Source: Mizuhopecten yessoensis (lineage: Eukaryota). From it: a stretch of DNA of 64,000 nt. Under the pieces are notes generated by a model. It ran no database searches. It worked only from the letters and a program-made list of their open reading frames with translations, and had not been told where the DNA came from. The DNA lies in NCBI RefSeq assembly GCF_002113885.1, contig NW_018408651.1, forward strand, positions 93,579 to 157,578, in the 5' to 3' direction. Of the stretch, positions 1 through 13,596 are shown one piece after another (the first letter of the stretch is position 1; each line of letters opens with the position of its first letter). The position numbers and the translations under genes are program-made.

Positions 1-160
1 ATTTGTAACCCGTGCGGACTACACATATTTAACACCAGGAAGATATTTGTAACCCGTGCGGACTACACATATTTAACACCACGAAGACATTTGTAACCCG
101 TGCGGACTACACATATTTAACACCAGGGAAGATATTTGTAACCCGTGCGGACTACACATA
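1..160. repeat. 44-bp minisatellite (ATTTGTAACCCGTGCGGACTACACATATTTAACACCAGGAAGAT), ~3.6 copies, truncated by window start
   Basis: Unit starts at 1, 45, 89 and 134. Confidence 0.95.
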
Positions 161-3100
161 TACAATGGCACAAAGGCATTTACTACCAGAAAGAGCTACA
201 TATTGAAATAGAATACATATAAAGCAATGAGATCAAATAAACTTTATCGAGAAACTTGCCATATATGTAGAAAACTACTGAGTTTATGCTATTCATACGT
301 ATCCGTAATCATTAGCAGGCGAGAAAGCAAAGAAAAACACAAATAAATATAGTTATTACCGCTTTGGCCACGTGTATGATTATTATTCATTCCGTCACAA
401 TAACTAGGAGCTTTTCATGCACCAGTCGATGTACGTTCTGATAGCACATCTCATTTGGACTAAGTACTTTTCCCGCTGATACTGAAACAACATAGAATGG
501 TTGTCAGGAAAAGGAGTTATCGATTTGAGGTCCATGCATTAGCATTTACCCCTCACTAACAAGCTTTTTTGAATAAAGAACGAAGATTGTCGCACTTCGC
601 CGACGGATAAATAGTTGTACTCATTACTGACACAGAAACCCCTTCTTGATTTAGGGAAAGCCTATTTTTTGCGTTAGTGAATCGGACTTTCGTAATGATT
701 TGACTCGTTTCCTAAGTGAAGGCCATCATCCTCGACGCGACCTTCCCAGGTCCTCGGGACAGAGGTTAACGGAGGATTCCCTGGCTACCTGAGGTTACGG
801 GCATTAGTGAGTTCGTCCTTGTTGTCTGGGAAAACACAGCAGTGTACCAGATGTACTCACATTTACTGCTTTATGATGTGCGAATTGGTGTCGACGTGCT
901 TCATTATTTGAGCTTTGATGCTCTATTGACCACAGGTTCAAAATTGACTTCGTTATTTGAAGTTCCTTAAAGTTTGTATACCTATGTAATGGTAGCACCG
1001 TATAGTTTCCTGCACGAACGTCAATGTCATTGATTAATATAAATATAACACGATATTATTTCAAAAGCATTTTAATTGGAGCTCGCTCCGTATCAGTTAT
1101 GCACACATATATACTAAAATGTATTATGTTCGCCTTGTCTGGTAGATACTTTACCCTTACCTCATATTTATAACACAAAACCTGTCAAAATTACTGTCAG
1201 TGTTGTTATATTAAAATAAAATAGAAAATTCTTGCCCATACAATCACTTGTTTTGATAAAATATATTGATTCATAAGGGTTTTGGATTTCTAAAAGTCCC
1301 CCATTGTGACAAGGATTTATTAAATAATGGGTCCCGTGAGCCTCTTTAAATCGATACCCGCATGTACCAACAGCCATTCGTTTTTATTCTGTATTTTGTT
1401 TTTCTGCTTTAAACATATTTTATTGCCACTATAATAAGCAATGGGATTGAGCACAAGTTGAACAACTTTTTGTATTTGCATGTTTCACCTTCCTTTATTA
1501 CTTGTGATTTGAATGTTGTATCTTTATATTTTCCCTGGTATTTTTATGTTGTACCTCCATTTTGACTGTGAAAGGTTTTCTGGTTTTGCTGTGACAATCA
1601 GATAGATTTGTATTGCATGATTTATATTGAAGTAATTACTAATATTCTAAAATATGTCAGATAGAAATTATTTCACAACCACAAAATGTACTGGACTTGA
1701 TCTCGGGATATTGAAACACATATATCTATATATAAGCACGTAATGGAGACAAGAGTGATATGTACTTTCATGCTAACGATAATATTGACCCGATCGGTGA
1801 CAATTTTTTTGGGGCTGCCGTAAGCTTGATGATATCTCGCGACATTAAATTGATAGCGAGAAGAGGTTGACAATTATATATTGTGCTGTCTTGCAGTTCG
1901 TGCTTGGCACAATATAATGGAGGATTTTTCTCTGCAATAAATAATTGTCTTGTCATGACAAAATAAGAAGGCTTCCCTTTGCTGTACGCCACTTCTCTTT
2001 CGCTGAAGAGTTCATCCAATCCACAGCACAATCGATTCATCAAAGACAGTTCTCTGAAAAGAGCTTACTACATCAGAAACGTTCGATTGTTGTCATTTTG
2101 ATGAACTGTCAAGCCTCTTTCTACATTCATTTCTTGTTTACAAGACCAAACGTTATCGATAGTGTTTGTTTGTTTGATAGGACTAGCGTTCTATTAGCCT
2201 ACTGTGGTACGGCCGGACCAGACAGGTCAGACCAGCCCAAACAGTAGACCATGGTGGGATCAGCGGGAGAGTCGATAGATGTAAACAGCACATTTATACA
2301 TCTTTTTACAACGAGAAGAAATAAACTTCGGTCTGATTAATCTTGTATAAGCTGGTAGCACAATTACATAGGGTAACTCATAAAAACGTACCCACACATT
2401 TATAAATTCTCTATCCCTCTACATGATTGCTAGAGGCGACGAATGTGGAACCCATTTTGGAAAATTCTTCTGTGCCTTGATCTTTGAGACACAATGGAGA
2501 GCAAAGTTACTTTAGTCTTGGGTCTAGCATTATCAGCAGTAATATACTTTTGATTTTGTTGCCTTGAACATATTAATTTCCTTAGAAACCAAACAGACAC
2601 ATTAACCATTCGAAACATTTTTTTAAATCAGCAATTGAGAGTCAGGACACCGGTCATTTACACTCTTTGCTTGACACAAGAAACAGATGTGTTCGGAAGA
2701 TCGCGAAAAAAGGTTTAATTCCTGCCTGTGTTCAAAACAAACCTAGCTTTTATGATATAAATTCAGATTCTTAGTCAAAAATCCTCACATTCTGGAGACA
2801 TATAAGCACATAGAGAACAAGACTGGATTCCTTACAAGGCGGGTTATAAATTCACTTGAGGATAGCTAGGACTATCTAGTGACCAAGGAAGCTGCATGTA
2901 GGTGATCAGGTGGGCTACCGAGCTATAAACCAGCTATAATAACCGGAGGATGCACTGATGTAACCGAAAGTAGGACAGCCGGCAATAGTCGGAAACGATA
3001 CGAGCAGACTGAAAATGAAAGAGGATACACTGAGACTACGTACCGAGTAAACAATTTGAATTCTGAACTTTGGATATATATAATATGTTTTACGGTCCAG

Positions 3101-6100
3101 ACGTTTAACATTAAATAGCCACTTTTGATTATATCCATACAAGCTGAAATAGATATGTTTTTATTCGTTGAGATAGTTGTTCTTGAGTTTTTATTGTATC
3201 GCAGGTTTCTATACATAATCTATGTAACAACGGTTCGGATTGGGTGAACACGTCATATAACCGGGATACAAAACACCATATCACCTAGCAGAATAGGTTT
3301 TGAGTATCACATTTGGTCGCATCAGAGGCCTGTTAATCAACCAAATTACGTGTGTTAAGACTTGATATTCAGTAAGTAATGTTGGACGTTTGAAGATGTT
3401 AAATCAATGCTCATTAATAATCGCTATTTTCCACTAGTATGCTGAAAGGATGACACACTCCTGAAGTCAAAAATTGCCGCCAATTTACTTTCTCGCGGCA
3501 AAATACGTGTCATTTTGATGTGTTAGCATGTATTAGACATGCTTTTATTGATACTAAGGAAGACTCTAGCCAACACCACTAGTCCCTTGGCTATCCATCT
3601 ACCCGGCAATACGTGGGCACTTTGTGTGTGGTTAACTCCCTGAGCTGATCAATATTACGTAGACATATAAATCACTTGATATGACATGATCCGTTCCTAT
3701 TTCTTTGAATAAGCAATTAAATACCGCGGTAGTATTGGAATATGAAGGTTGATTTGTTTCCTTCGGGAAGTTGATTGAGAAAAAAGTTTCTAGGTAATTT
3801 TTCTTGCCTGACAAAAGTGTGTTGAAATGCAGCATTCTCATGCTTCAGAAACATAAGCGTGACGTCACATCATTGTTTTCTTGTACAGCTACCGACGGCC
3901 GTCTGTGCCCGCAGGCTAAACAAACGTGTCGAGTATACCTGTTCGGTAGCAAAATATGTCAAACACTATTGTTAAAGTACTGCTATAGTCAGAATCGAGT
4001 CCTACGTCATATACTATAGCGACGATAACAGTTATTTGCTATCTATCTATAGGGATAGGATTCCCATCACAGCGTCATCGGTTGATTGAGCCCTTGCAGC
4101 AGGTGACAGTGTGTGGGCATGACTTCCAGAAAGTCAACACATTTCCGAGGTTTGTAGTGAAAAGCATTGTTTTAGTTTTCAATAGTAATTTCCATTGCTT
4201 CCTTATAATCCGGCACATCAGATGATATCAGTTTCATATTGTAGGATGCCAAACCTCCGGAAACATCTCCAAGTATCATTAACACCAGTAGTGCCCGCTT
4301 TACGATAAAACCTGAGGTCGATTTCATTGATATTAGGTAGCATTCAAGCCCCGGAACTTGGTTCTATTATTCCCTTCTAATTTGGTTTGCTGTACACGTT
4401 CCTGTAAAAGAGTGGGTTTTTTGTATTGATATGACAAGATTTAAACCAAAGAGAAATATAGTTGTTGTCCTTCGCGTGTGGATCGTAATGTCTTTTGAAT
4501 GAATGCGCGTGGATGATTATTCCGGAGATATCAGAATTAGCAGTCGATTTTCCCCTTGAACAAACGTGAAAGTACCCAACAAAACGAAGTGTTAACTTTA
4601 AAAATATGATTGTTTAAATTTCACGGCCGTTTAGTATCTTCAAAATTACAACATACCAGCTTTCCCCCGTTATATGATTTTCGAAATAGAGATTCCTCAT
4701 GTCGTAAGTTAATTTTAAAAAACCAACTAAAGAGGCATCAACACCATATCTTACCACCCTCATGGGACTGCTCCTTCTGTGGCAAACAATCGTATTATTG
4801 TAAGAAAAATTGAAATTCACTTTGTGCTTCTTTCTTGCTTTTGATTTGTTTTTTTACCTGATAAAAATTGGTTTGGATATTGTCATAAAAATGCTGTGTA
4901 ACCAACACCAACAATACCAGTTTTTTTTATTATTGAAAATTTGCTTCCAACAGATAACGTCATTTGAAGACGGTGTCAAAAGATGAAAGTATCACGCAAG
5001 AAACATTTTAAAGTCCTCTGTCACGACTTGGCAGCATTGTGCCCCGCCAGGTCACGATGTTCTATCAAAGGATTTTCAATATTGCATAGGAAGTAAAAAA
5101 GGTTGTGAAATTGAAATAAAAAACAATATATAAAAAATGTAGCGAACGTGTCAGCAGGTCAATTATTTAGACGTCTCCGCACCTGTACGGGACTAAAGTC
5201 ATGTTAATTAACTTTCATGACAAGCATGCAAAGAGCAATGATATCTCGTGGGTCGCTTGTTATACTGTAGAGATACCACGCTGTTCAAATAAAATAGTCT
5301 TGCATAATTTCAGTATCGCAATATTCAAATGTGTAACAAACTAAAAATACATATTTTCTGTTTCCAAACTAGAACTTAGTGCCGTGATACATACATGTAT
5401 ACATAGCTCGGATAAAAGGATATCAATAGATTATAATAAATGACCTCTACCGATATAACAAATAGATCAAATGTATATAAAATATTTTAATTACTTCGAT
5501 GCCAAAAAGCACCCGATAATTTGCTTGGAGCTTGTGGTAGTAATGGTCTATCAAGATTATTCTAATAGATTACCTTGAACTACAGTAAGCTCTTAAGTAC
5601 TTAAGCGTGTTTGATAATTCTACCATTTTACGAGGTAAACAGTAACGACGTTCAGCCTTTAGTTTTCTGGTTAACCTGTTGCAATCAGAAAGACTAATTA
5701 TCGTGAGAGGCAACCGTAGTTGTATGACCTAAGTAGGTGTGAAGCGGTAAAGCCTCATCCAAACAAAGACTGAAAATCTAGAGATAAATTAGAATTCAGT
5801 ATCTACAATGACTAAATTCGTCTTAACAACGTCTTGCATCGTGAGATAGCTTCACCCTTTCTTGTATTTGAGATATAACGGTGTCACATGCATGAAACCC
5901 TCCCTCAGTTCCTAGCTTTAGTCTTGTCGGTTACCCATTGTCGATCGTGTCGATTTGGTCCTAGTGACCTGACGCTACTCTGTTTATTTATAATATTTGA
6001 TTAACTAACATTTATTGAAGTGTTATACCATTGAAGAGTTCTTCAAAACTTCCTACACGCCGAGAGCTCGATCAACACTCCTAGCAGCCAAGTGGGCTTG

Positions 6101-7789
6101 TGCGACTGTTGATTTCACTACCTGGAAGATGACACATCGATTAACAGTAACACTCATCCATTTATCCTGCCTATATCAATAATTTGACATTTATGCTTTA
6201 GTAGTTACGTTGACCATTTACGAGAGTAGAATTACTGTATTTATTTTGCCATATAAAATCTTTGGGGCTTGTCATTATAAATGTAAATTGATTCGTAAAT
6301 GTCAGACATGTTTATATTTACCGGATGGGTTGTCATGCTGACGTTGTTGGGCTGTGACAGTTTATCTGAATAGTTCTTCGATTTGACCATTGGAATGCAT
6401 CAAAACAATAGGTATGGCGAGGACGTATCAGCATAAAAAAATAAGTTTAAATTAGAGAATACTTGTATCAGAAGGTGCGTAGTGCTTCGTAATTAGGTTA
6501 CTGTGACTTTCGTTACGAGGCCAAATGTCAAATATGCTTCAATTTTCAGTCAGAGATATCCCTTTTGAAATAGATAAAGGTATCTTGGTGAAACAGGAAG
6601 AGTGCAGGGAATTATCACTAAAGGTGGATAACTGTGTATCGTATTTAGCTCAATGTTACCGTTACAACAAGATAAATAGTCAAATATGCTCACAAATGTC
6701 ATTCCAGAATATCTCAGAAACAGTATTAAGTTGTAAAAAATACCTTGTCAAAAATTGAAGCATAAATGTATAACCCAACGAAAGAATGTAATGTACCGTT
6801 ATACGGTCACTGTGGCCTGCCCGTCAAAGTTAATTGTCAAATATATATTTTTTAAACAGAATACGTTTACACATGTTTTGAATCAGCAAAACGCAAAATA
6901 AATGGGTAACACTCGCTTTGGCCAGCAAACGTAAATCTCAAATTATCTTCAAACGCATACCGTTATATTAGTTTGATTTAGGATAGATAGGGAATTGATA
7001 TAGAAACACAGACAGTGTGCAAGTATGTGGTTTATGTAACTTTTCTCTCTTTCAGTTTTGTTTTGATTTTACTTGTATGTCAAAACATCAATGGAATAGT
7101 AAAATAACCGAGGGTCAGGACAGAGTACACCAACACTGATAGCCGCGAAAGATACGAAAAACTATTAATGTCGCAATAAGCATCAACACGTGCGACGTAA
7201 GATATAATACCTGTAAGATATGAAGAGGTTCCCCAGCCAGTACTGGTTGGTTATCATGTCTATCTAACCTAGGGCACGAGCTTTACCCACTATCTATTAC
7301 AGTTGGCGATTTTTTTATGTTTACCAACTCCTAGCAAATTTTTGCTGCGGGAGTGAGGAAACCTATAGTTGTCTTTGGAAACCTATAGTTGTGTGAGAAA
7401 CCTATAGTTGTTGTAGGAGAAATATAGATATCAGTATATACTCATTTACCCTTCAAGAACAACTAGTCGTATCAAAGTTGTTCAAAGTAAATCTTTCCTT
7501 TGTTCCTCTAGTTTTTTCAGTTTTGAGTTCGAAATATGGCTTTGTTGGCACTTCAGTACCCCGTTGTTTGTTTTTGAAATGAGATATATATCGTTCTTAG
7601 TACTTACACTCGCGAGGTCATACGTTCGTCACTATAGGTATTTCTACGTGTCCGTCATTTAAGAAGGATCTTTACGTTCGTTGAGAATGGTTTTACTACA
7701 TACATGTACCCGCATACCAGAGAAGATTTCAGTAGAAGATTAAAAATCATCAGCAATACCATGGGAATAATTCTAATTATAGGTTGACT

Positions 7790-8970
7790 GCTTTTGTATG
7801 CTGTTTCAGGGAAGAACTTCTGAAGGACAGAGTAAGGACAGGACTATTTCCGGTACGAGGCGTCATAGTATTGAACAATCTGTCGGACTATAACAGAATT
7901 ACAGAGAACTTCCCAGTCTTCGACAGAGCGTGACCTACTTGAAACGGTCCAATGTATAGATGTAAAATCAAGGTCTTACCACCGATAAATGTACGGTGAC
8001 ATACGTGTAACTACGTGTTACTATGGCCTTAGACAGGCGGCAGGTCGTTATGTAACAGATTAGGGTTAAATAATCAATATTTTCAGCAAAAGCTGCTCTG
8101 GTCTCATAACTAACATTTCTGTTACAGACCAACTGAATATAGCCTGTGTTCCTAGTACGAATCCGTCGTAACATAGTTATGACAACAATTTAACAATTTC
8201 TGTTATTTCGAGCTGAACTATTAAAGCATGGGAGATTGTTATGTTATTGCATGTCTTTGAGTTATATATGTCCATGTATTGTTGAATTGTTATAATGATA
8301 TTGTGTGTCGTAAAAATGGATCTACATAAATGTAAATGAGTGTCTGGAATATTGGTTGAATATTTGAAATTGACACATTTCAAAACTTCTACTTCAATCG
8401 GCTTTTATTGATCCGATGTCTGCTCCCATGGGTAGCTTCCTGGAAGATAATATCGCCAGACTTCCAAAGGAAAAACAAACCACGTAAAATACTCGTTCCG
8501 GTACGGAGCGGTCATGCCAGATTATTGGACCGTCTGTCAGACTATATAAGAATGACAGAGAGCTTCTCGGGTTTTACGCAGAACGTTACATACTTGAAAC
8601 GATCCAATGTCTAGATATAATATCCTAGGTCTTACCACTAATTAGTGTACGGTGACGTAACAACGTGTTATTATCGCAGTGGCTGTCTGAGGCTTCAGGT
8701 CGATATGTAACAGGGTAGGGTTAAATAGTTTATACTTCTAGCGAATATTTAAGTGGTCCTATTACACACGGTGTTATTGCTAACTAACTGAATAAAGAAC
8801 TGCTTTAAGAATTGTTCCGGTATTGCTATAGCTAAAAGTATAGTTTATGAAGCTGGGCAATATTGACAGGACCTTTTTTATGTTATTGCATGTCTTAACA
8901 TTTATTTACCAACATTTTGTTGAATTCTCGTTTTATTTGCTATAGAAAAAGTTCTACAGAAATAATGTGG
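7790..8970. repeat. Diverged tandem duplication of a ~650-bp non-coding segment (~7790-8340 vs ~8430-8970)
   Basis: Collinear shared blocks: TTCCGGTACG (7848/8496), TCTGTCRGACTAT, TACTTGAAACGRTCCAATGT, AGGTCTTACCAC, TGTACGGTGAC, CAGGTCGWTATGTAACAG, TAGGGTTAAATA, TATGTTATTGCATGTCTT. Confidence 0.85.
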
Positions 8971-9094
8971 CTATACGTTAACACATTGCACAAAAATGGA
9001 GAAAAAAAGTTCAGCTGTGATCCGTAGTAACTCGTTTGAAATTGGATCTGTAAATCATTGATTAAATAGATGAAAATGAATATATTGATTATTG

Positions 9095-9210
9095 ATTATA
9101 TGGACGAAATGGTCATGGGATGCAGTCAGAAAGTTTAGTTCGTGTTTAAAGAGATTAATTTACATACACGGTTGTTGACGCTACTGGTGGACTTTCAGTT
9201 CCCGCGGTCA
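9095..9210 (+). mobile_element. Highly decayed retrozyme/Penelope-LTR-like relic (3' half of hammerhead plus linked motif)
   Basis: GGACGAAATGGTC at 9102-9114 is followed by GTTGACGCTACTGGTGGACTTTCAGTTCCCGCGG (9174-9207), similar to the motif linked to hammerhead-like cores at 22.1, 45.9 and 56.9 kb. Confidence 0.4.
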
Positions 9211-12200
9211 GTCGTTACTTTGTAGTTTGGAATCTTCATGAAATGTTTAAATGAAATACTGGTATGAGAATTATTTATATGTTATAGCTAAGTGACCATA
9301 TTATATAATTAAAATGTTAACGTTATTTGACAGTATGCATGTGTGTACTAAGTTAAAACATGTACTTTCTTATTTCACATTCTGTTCATCATTTAACTCA
9401 TATAAGGTATTTGTTGATGACGTCATTCAACATCTCACATTTAGCGCTCATAACATGTCTATGTCACGATCATTATCATATTGTCCTTAAGTCGGTCATG
9501 CAGACGGCCTACAAATACAAATGGCATATGGGAATATTTATCAGAAACCGAGTCAATAACATTAAACCACATCACACGCAATCACATAAAATAGAAAAGA
9601 AGTTCCATTAACGCATCAATTGTTACAAAAGTCAGTCAAGTAGGATTTGATTGGGACAAATTCTAAAAATTTGGTGCAAGACGATCTGCAAGCCACCCTG
9701 TTCAAACACTATACATAAGGATGGAGATTTGATTCCATCTGCTGTCATATATGCTTATACACTCAATACTACAGAAACCGTGCATTGTGTATGTATCAAT
9801 GTCACCGTACTGTGTTTACGAAACGAATACATGCTGAATTATGATGCAAAGCTAGATGGTACATTGCCTAATTGTTTTGTACTTTAAATCATTTCTTTAA
9901 ACGAGAAGGCTACATTAGTATTCTCTATAAAATAGACATTGTATTGCATGGAAGTTCCTTCTCCTCAATGACAGTAAACATGAAGATATGGATATGTTGT
10001 TATTTTCTTGGTATTTGATACCTTCACAGTTAATTTCAAAGCATGTCAGCAAAGATTTCCAAACATACACTTTGAAACCAACCTTTTTCCCACTCGAATC
10101 AAAACTGTAGTTTCAATTTGGTTTCCGTTGTGAAATCGGTTTTAATCGTAGTATGCTACTTTTCATAGAAGTAGGTAAACTTACTAAATCACAGACACGT
10201 CCCACCAAAATAATGAAATCTATATCAAGAGTGCTCCTATATACATGTAAAAATGCATGAAAGGGACAGATACTCATAAAACCTATATATTATCAGTTAT
10301 TCTTAAACTAGTACAGGATAACCGTGCCAGTAATGATAGTCAAACTGGAAAATCAATGACTTATGGCAAAAACCAATCACTAAGTTACTAATTAAGGAAA
10401 TATGTGGTTATGTTTCATAGTCTTTTTATATCGACCCTTTGAAAGTGACTTGATAGTGTCCATACACAGTATGTAAGCTTTAAATGGTCTGTCTATACCA
10501 CCCCTTTGACAGTAGTTACATAACGTCCGTACAGTGTCCCTTTAACGTTATAAGCAGAAGCCAAACAATGATACATGGCAATCATTTGACATTGTCTCAG
10601 TTAATCAAACCTATGGCACAAAACGTTTAAAGCAAAATGCATTCCGCATGTCGAAACCAATTAAACGAAATATTGTGCAAATGGAGTAGGTATCAATTTA
10701 TTACGCTGTTTTCCTGTCTAAATCATCCGATACCGCTCTGGCTTCAGCAGCTGGTACACTGCTCCCACAGTATTGATCTCTCGTACGATCTCGCTCGCGA
10801 GCTCACGAGCAGTGGTGGCCAGTAGGTTCGTGTTCGGGACTCTTCACTAGCAGCTAGAACTACCTGGGATTTACGGAAAATTACCAACATCTACCATACA
10901 GGATATATATCAGTAATTAATGGATTATCTTACAGGTAAGCATTTACTTATCTTTTATATGTGGGGAGGAAAACATAATGTAATAAGATAAACTGACATG
11001 TCATTTATACACTTTTTGTTATACGTGCATAAACTTTCGATTTATTTTATAAGTTACAAAATTCTATATTTGAGGTAAAATCCTACCTCCAAATTTTAAT
11101 TAATATTATGATATATATATATTGCATGTGTATTTACATCCTAAACGTAGGCACTACACAGATTTTTATTACAGCAAATGTTAAAAAAAAAGACAAGAAC
11201 TAAATTTCCCAACGCAGAAATTAAAGATAGGTAACGCAACACGAAATGTTTATGCATAAAACCTGTAATGTTGTGTACTATCTTTCTAGGGAATGTTTCG
11301 TATAGATTTTTTTGTATTGGTAATAATAGTGTCTGATACTATTCCTGTTCACGTTACAAATGGAGCATTGAAACAGAAAACCTGAATTAATTAGTTTAAA
11401 GTAATGACCGGAAATCCTTAATTTAACATAGTGGAGTGTTTTGTTAAATGCCAGAATATTTCAGATCGGATTCATAAAAACTTCTGGACATGAATGGAAA
11501 TTAATTCAACATCAACATTTAATGCAAATACAGGGCGTCATTATTTTGACGTCACGATATAACAATCTAACACATCATGCTAGTTGTCCTAGTTATGACG
11601 TCACAGTTGATAGAGGGATTCTCTGATTAACACCAATTTTAATAAATATCAAGTTTAAAAAGCACTTTATTAAAAAAGTGTTAATTAATGGAAAAAGCCA
11701 AACAAAAAAGGCCTTTACTGTACCATACCTCATACCGTCCAGTATGCCTCATCAGTAATATGTAATTATACAAGAATTAACAATCATGTCAAGTTTGCTC
11801 CTCTTACTAACTTAGAAGTACAAGTGTACAGCTGAAAGGGACAGACGCCTATAAAACTATTGCTAACGTCACAAATCTACACTTCACATACTAGTTGTTA
11901 TATCACACATATATAGGAACCTATTCACTACATTAAAGTGAGTTATGTCAGAAAAAGTAAATCGCATTTAATAGACTGTTCACGGATTTCGTTTTCAATA
12001 ATTACTTTGGTCAATGTTTCATCTAATGCGACCTGTTCGAAATAGTTAAGAAGTTCCATCTTCAAGGTAAAATAATGTTCACGATATGTGTTTCTCCGCT
12101 TTTACTTATATATAACATATAATTTTTGAATGAACATATTTCCACTATTTCCGCATTCCATCAGCCTTGTTTTAATGTATTGTTGATTTTAACGACCACC

Positions 12201-12500
12201 TGGCAAGTTTTAAAATCAATTGGGTTTGAGTATATACTTCCTTTTCATGCCATACATTTCCCTTCAAATAGATGTCTTAAATTCTGCATTCTAGTGAAAC
12301 ATATCCTCCAAATAGAGGTCTTAAATCAAGCATTCAAGTGAAATGTATTTTGGGAACTGGTTTTATAAAATGCCTTTTAACAAGATGAAATAACACAAAC
12401 GTGTTAAACGTTTTTTCAAAAATATGATCTCCCTTTTCTTTATGCATAGATAGGACCAATCCACAAACGTACACTTGTTCCTACATGCTTAAACGAAACA

Positions 12501-12550
12501 ACAGGTTAATACAGGTTAATACAGGCTAATACAGATTAATACAGGTTAAT
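12501..12550. repeat. 10-bp tandem repeat (ACAGGTTAAT)x5
   Basis: Direct reading. Confidence 0.9.
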
Positions 12551-12559
12551 AATCAGCAG

Positions 12560-13300
12560 TGATACAAAGTAAGAAGCACACATTTGAAATGTTAGAGCCA
12601 TCATATGTACTTGAGATCAAAACAGATTGTGATAAAGATTTACCAAAATCGTAAATCGAACTGAAAATCGATGAAACTAGCAAAATATAAAGAATGGAGA
12701 GACCTACCTGGACACAAATGAAGACGTACAAGAAGGATAAGACAATGCGTTCTGTAATTATATATGTTGTCTATATAATTGAAATATAGACCAAAATCAA
12801 GTAATATGAAGTCCTCATACTGACAACCAGGTAATGGTAACGAAACCAAAAAGCAAACTTAAGAACATGATCAAAAACATCGAATTTCATTTTTCTCTTT
12901 TGAAAAGAATATCTTCCAATAAGATCCTAATAGTGACACTTACTGAGAACATTCATCAGCCTGTATCTCTGGAACAATGGTCTCGTTAGGCCGTCCGCCA
13001 GCAATCGACAGGCATCCTGAATATGATAACAATCGGAGAAAGCCTTTGGATATGGAACGATCCGCGATGTTTGAACAACGTAAGTGAAGAAATCAGGATG
13101 TGTTACTACCAATAAAGGGAAGGTGTACGATTGAAAGATCAAAATCGGAATCGTCCTGGTTTTTGTCGTTAATCTAAATAGAAAGTCACCATTTCCTGAT
13201 GGTCGTTTAATTAAAGATCAAGACTAACGTAGATAAATATGTAGTGTATAATACAACAAATCTCAAATCTCTTTTCGAAACAGTAGGGCGTCTCTACAAT
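12560..13300 (-). mobile_element. Penelope-like element relic (C-terminal RT/thumb region plus 3' non-coding part), frameshifted
   Basis: Minus strand reads, across a frameshift, ..NDKNQDDSDFDLSIVHLPFIGSN / PDFFTYVVQTSRIVPYPKAFSDCYHIQDACRLLADGLTRPLFQRYRLMNVLSK. This resembles the recalled PLE RT C-terminal pattern YDKRDDFNFxIVNFPFLxSNIPxxxxYGVYISQLIRYARACS. Boundaries approximate. Confidence 0.6.
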
Positions 13301-13440
13301 TGTAAACTACTTGAAACTGTATAATTTGTTTGTTTGTTGTTGTTTGTTTGTTTTTGTTTAGCTGCCCGTCGATAGCTATGTCATTTTGGGCCATGATGAT
13401 ATTTTGCTCAAACAAACATGATGCGAGAAGCTTAGATAAT

Positions 13441-13596
13441 TAAGGATTAACTTGAATATATTTTTCATGTTATGGAGATATAACACAAAAAAAACCCGGA
13501 GTGTTCTCTAAATAAACCGCGAAATATGATGAGAGAACATTTCGGTGTTTGTGTTATAACTTCATAACATCAAAAATATATTCAAGTTAATCCTTA
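13441..13596. repeat. Long palindrome (49-bp arms, 46/49 matched, plus inner 14-bp stem); probable core of a non-autonomous DNA element
   Basis: 13441-13489 is the reverse complement of 13548-13596. Inner CCGGAGTGTTCTCT pairs with AGAGAACATTTCGG. Confidence 0.85.

Noticed and set aside
8060-8070. TAACCCTAA on the minus strand as a telomerase RNA template
   Set aside because: Not conserved in the duplicate copy (TAACCCTACC); no recognisable pseudoknot or H/ACA domain.
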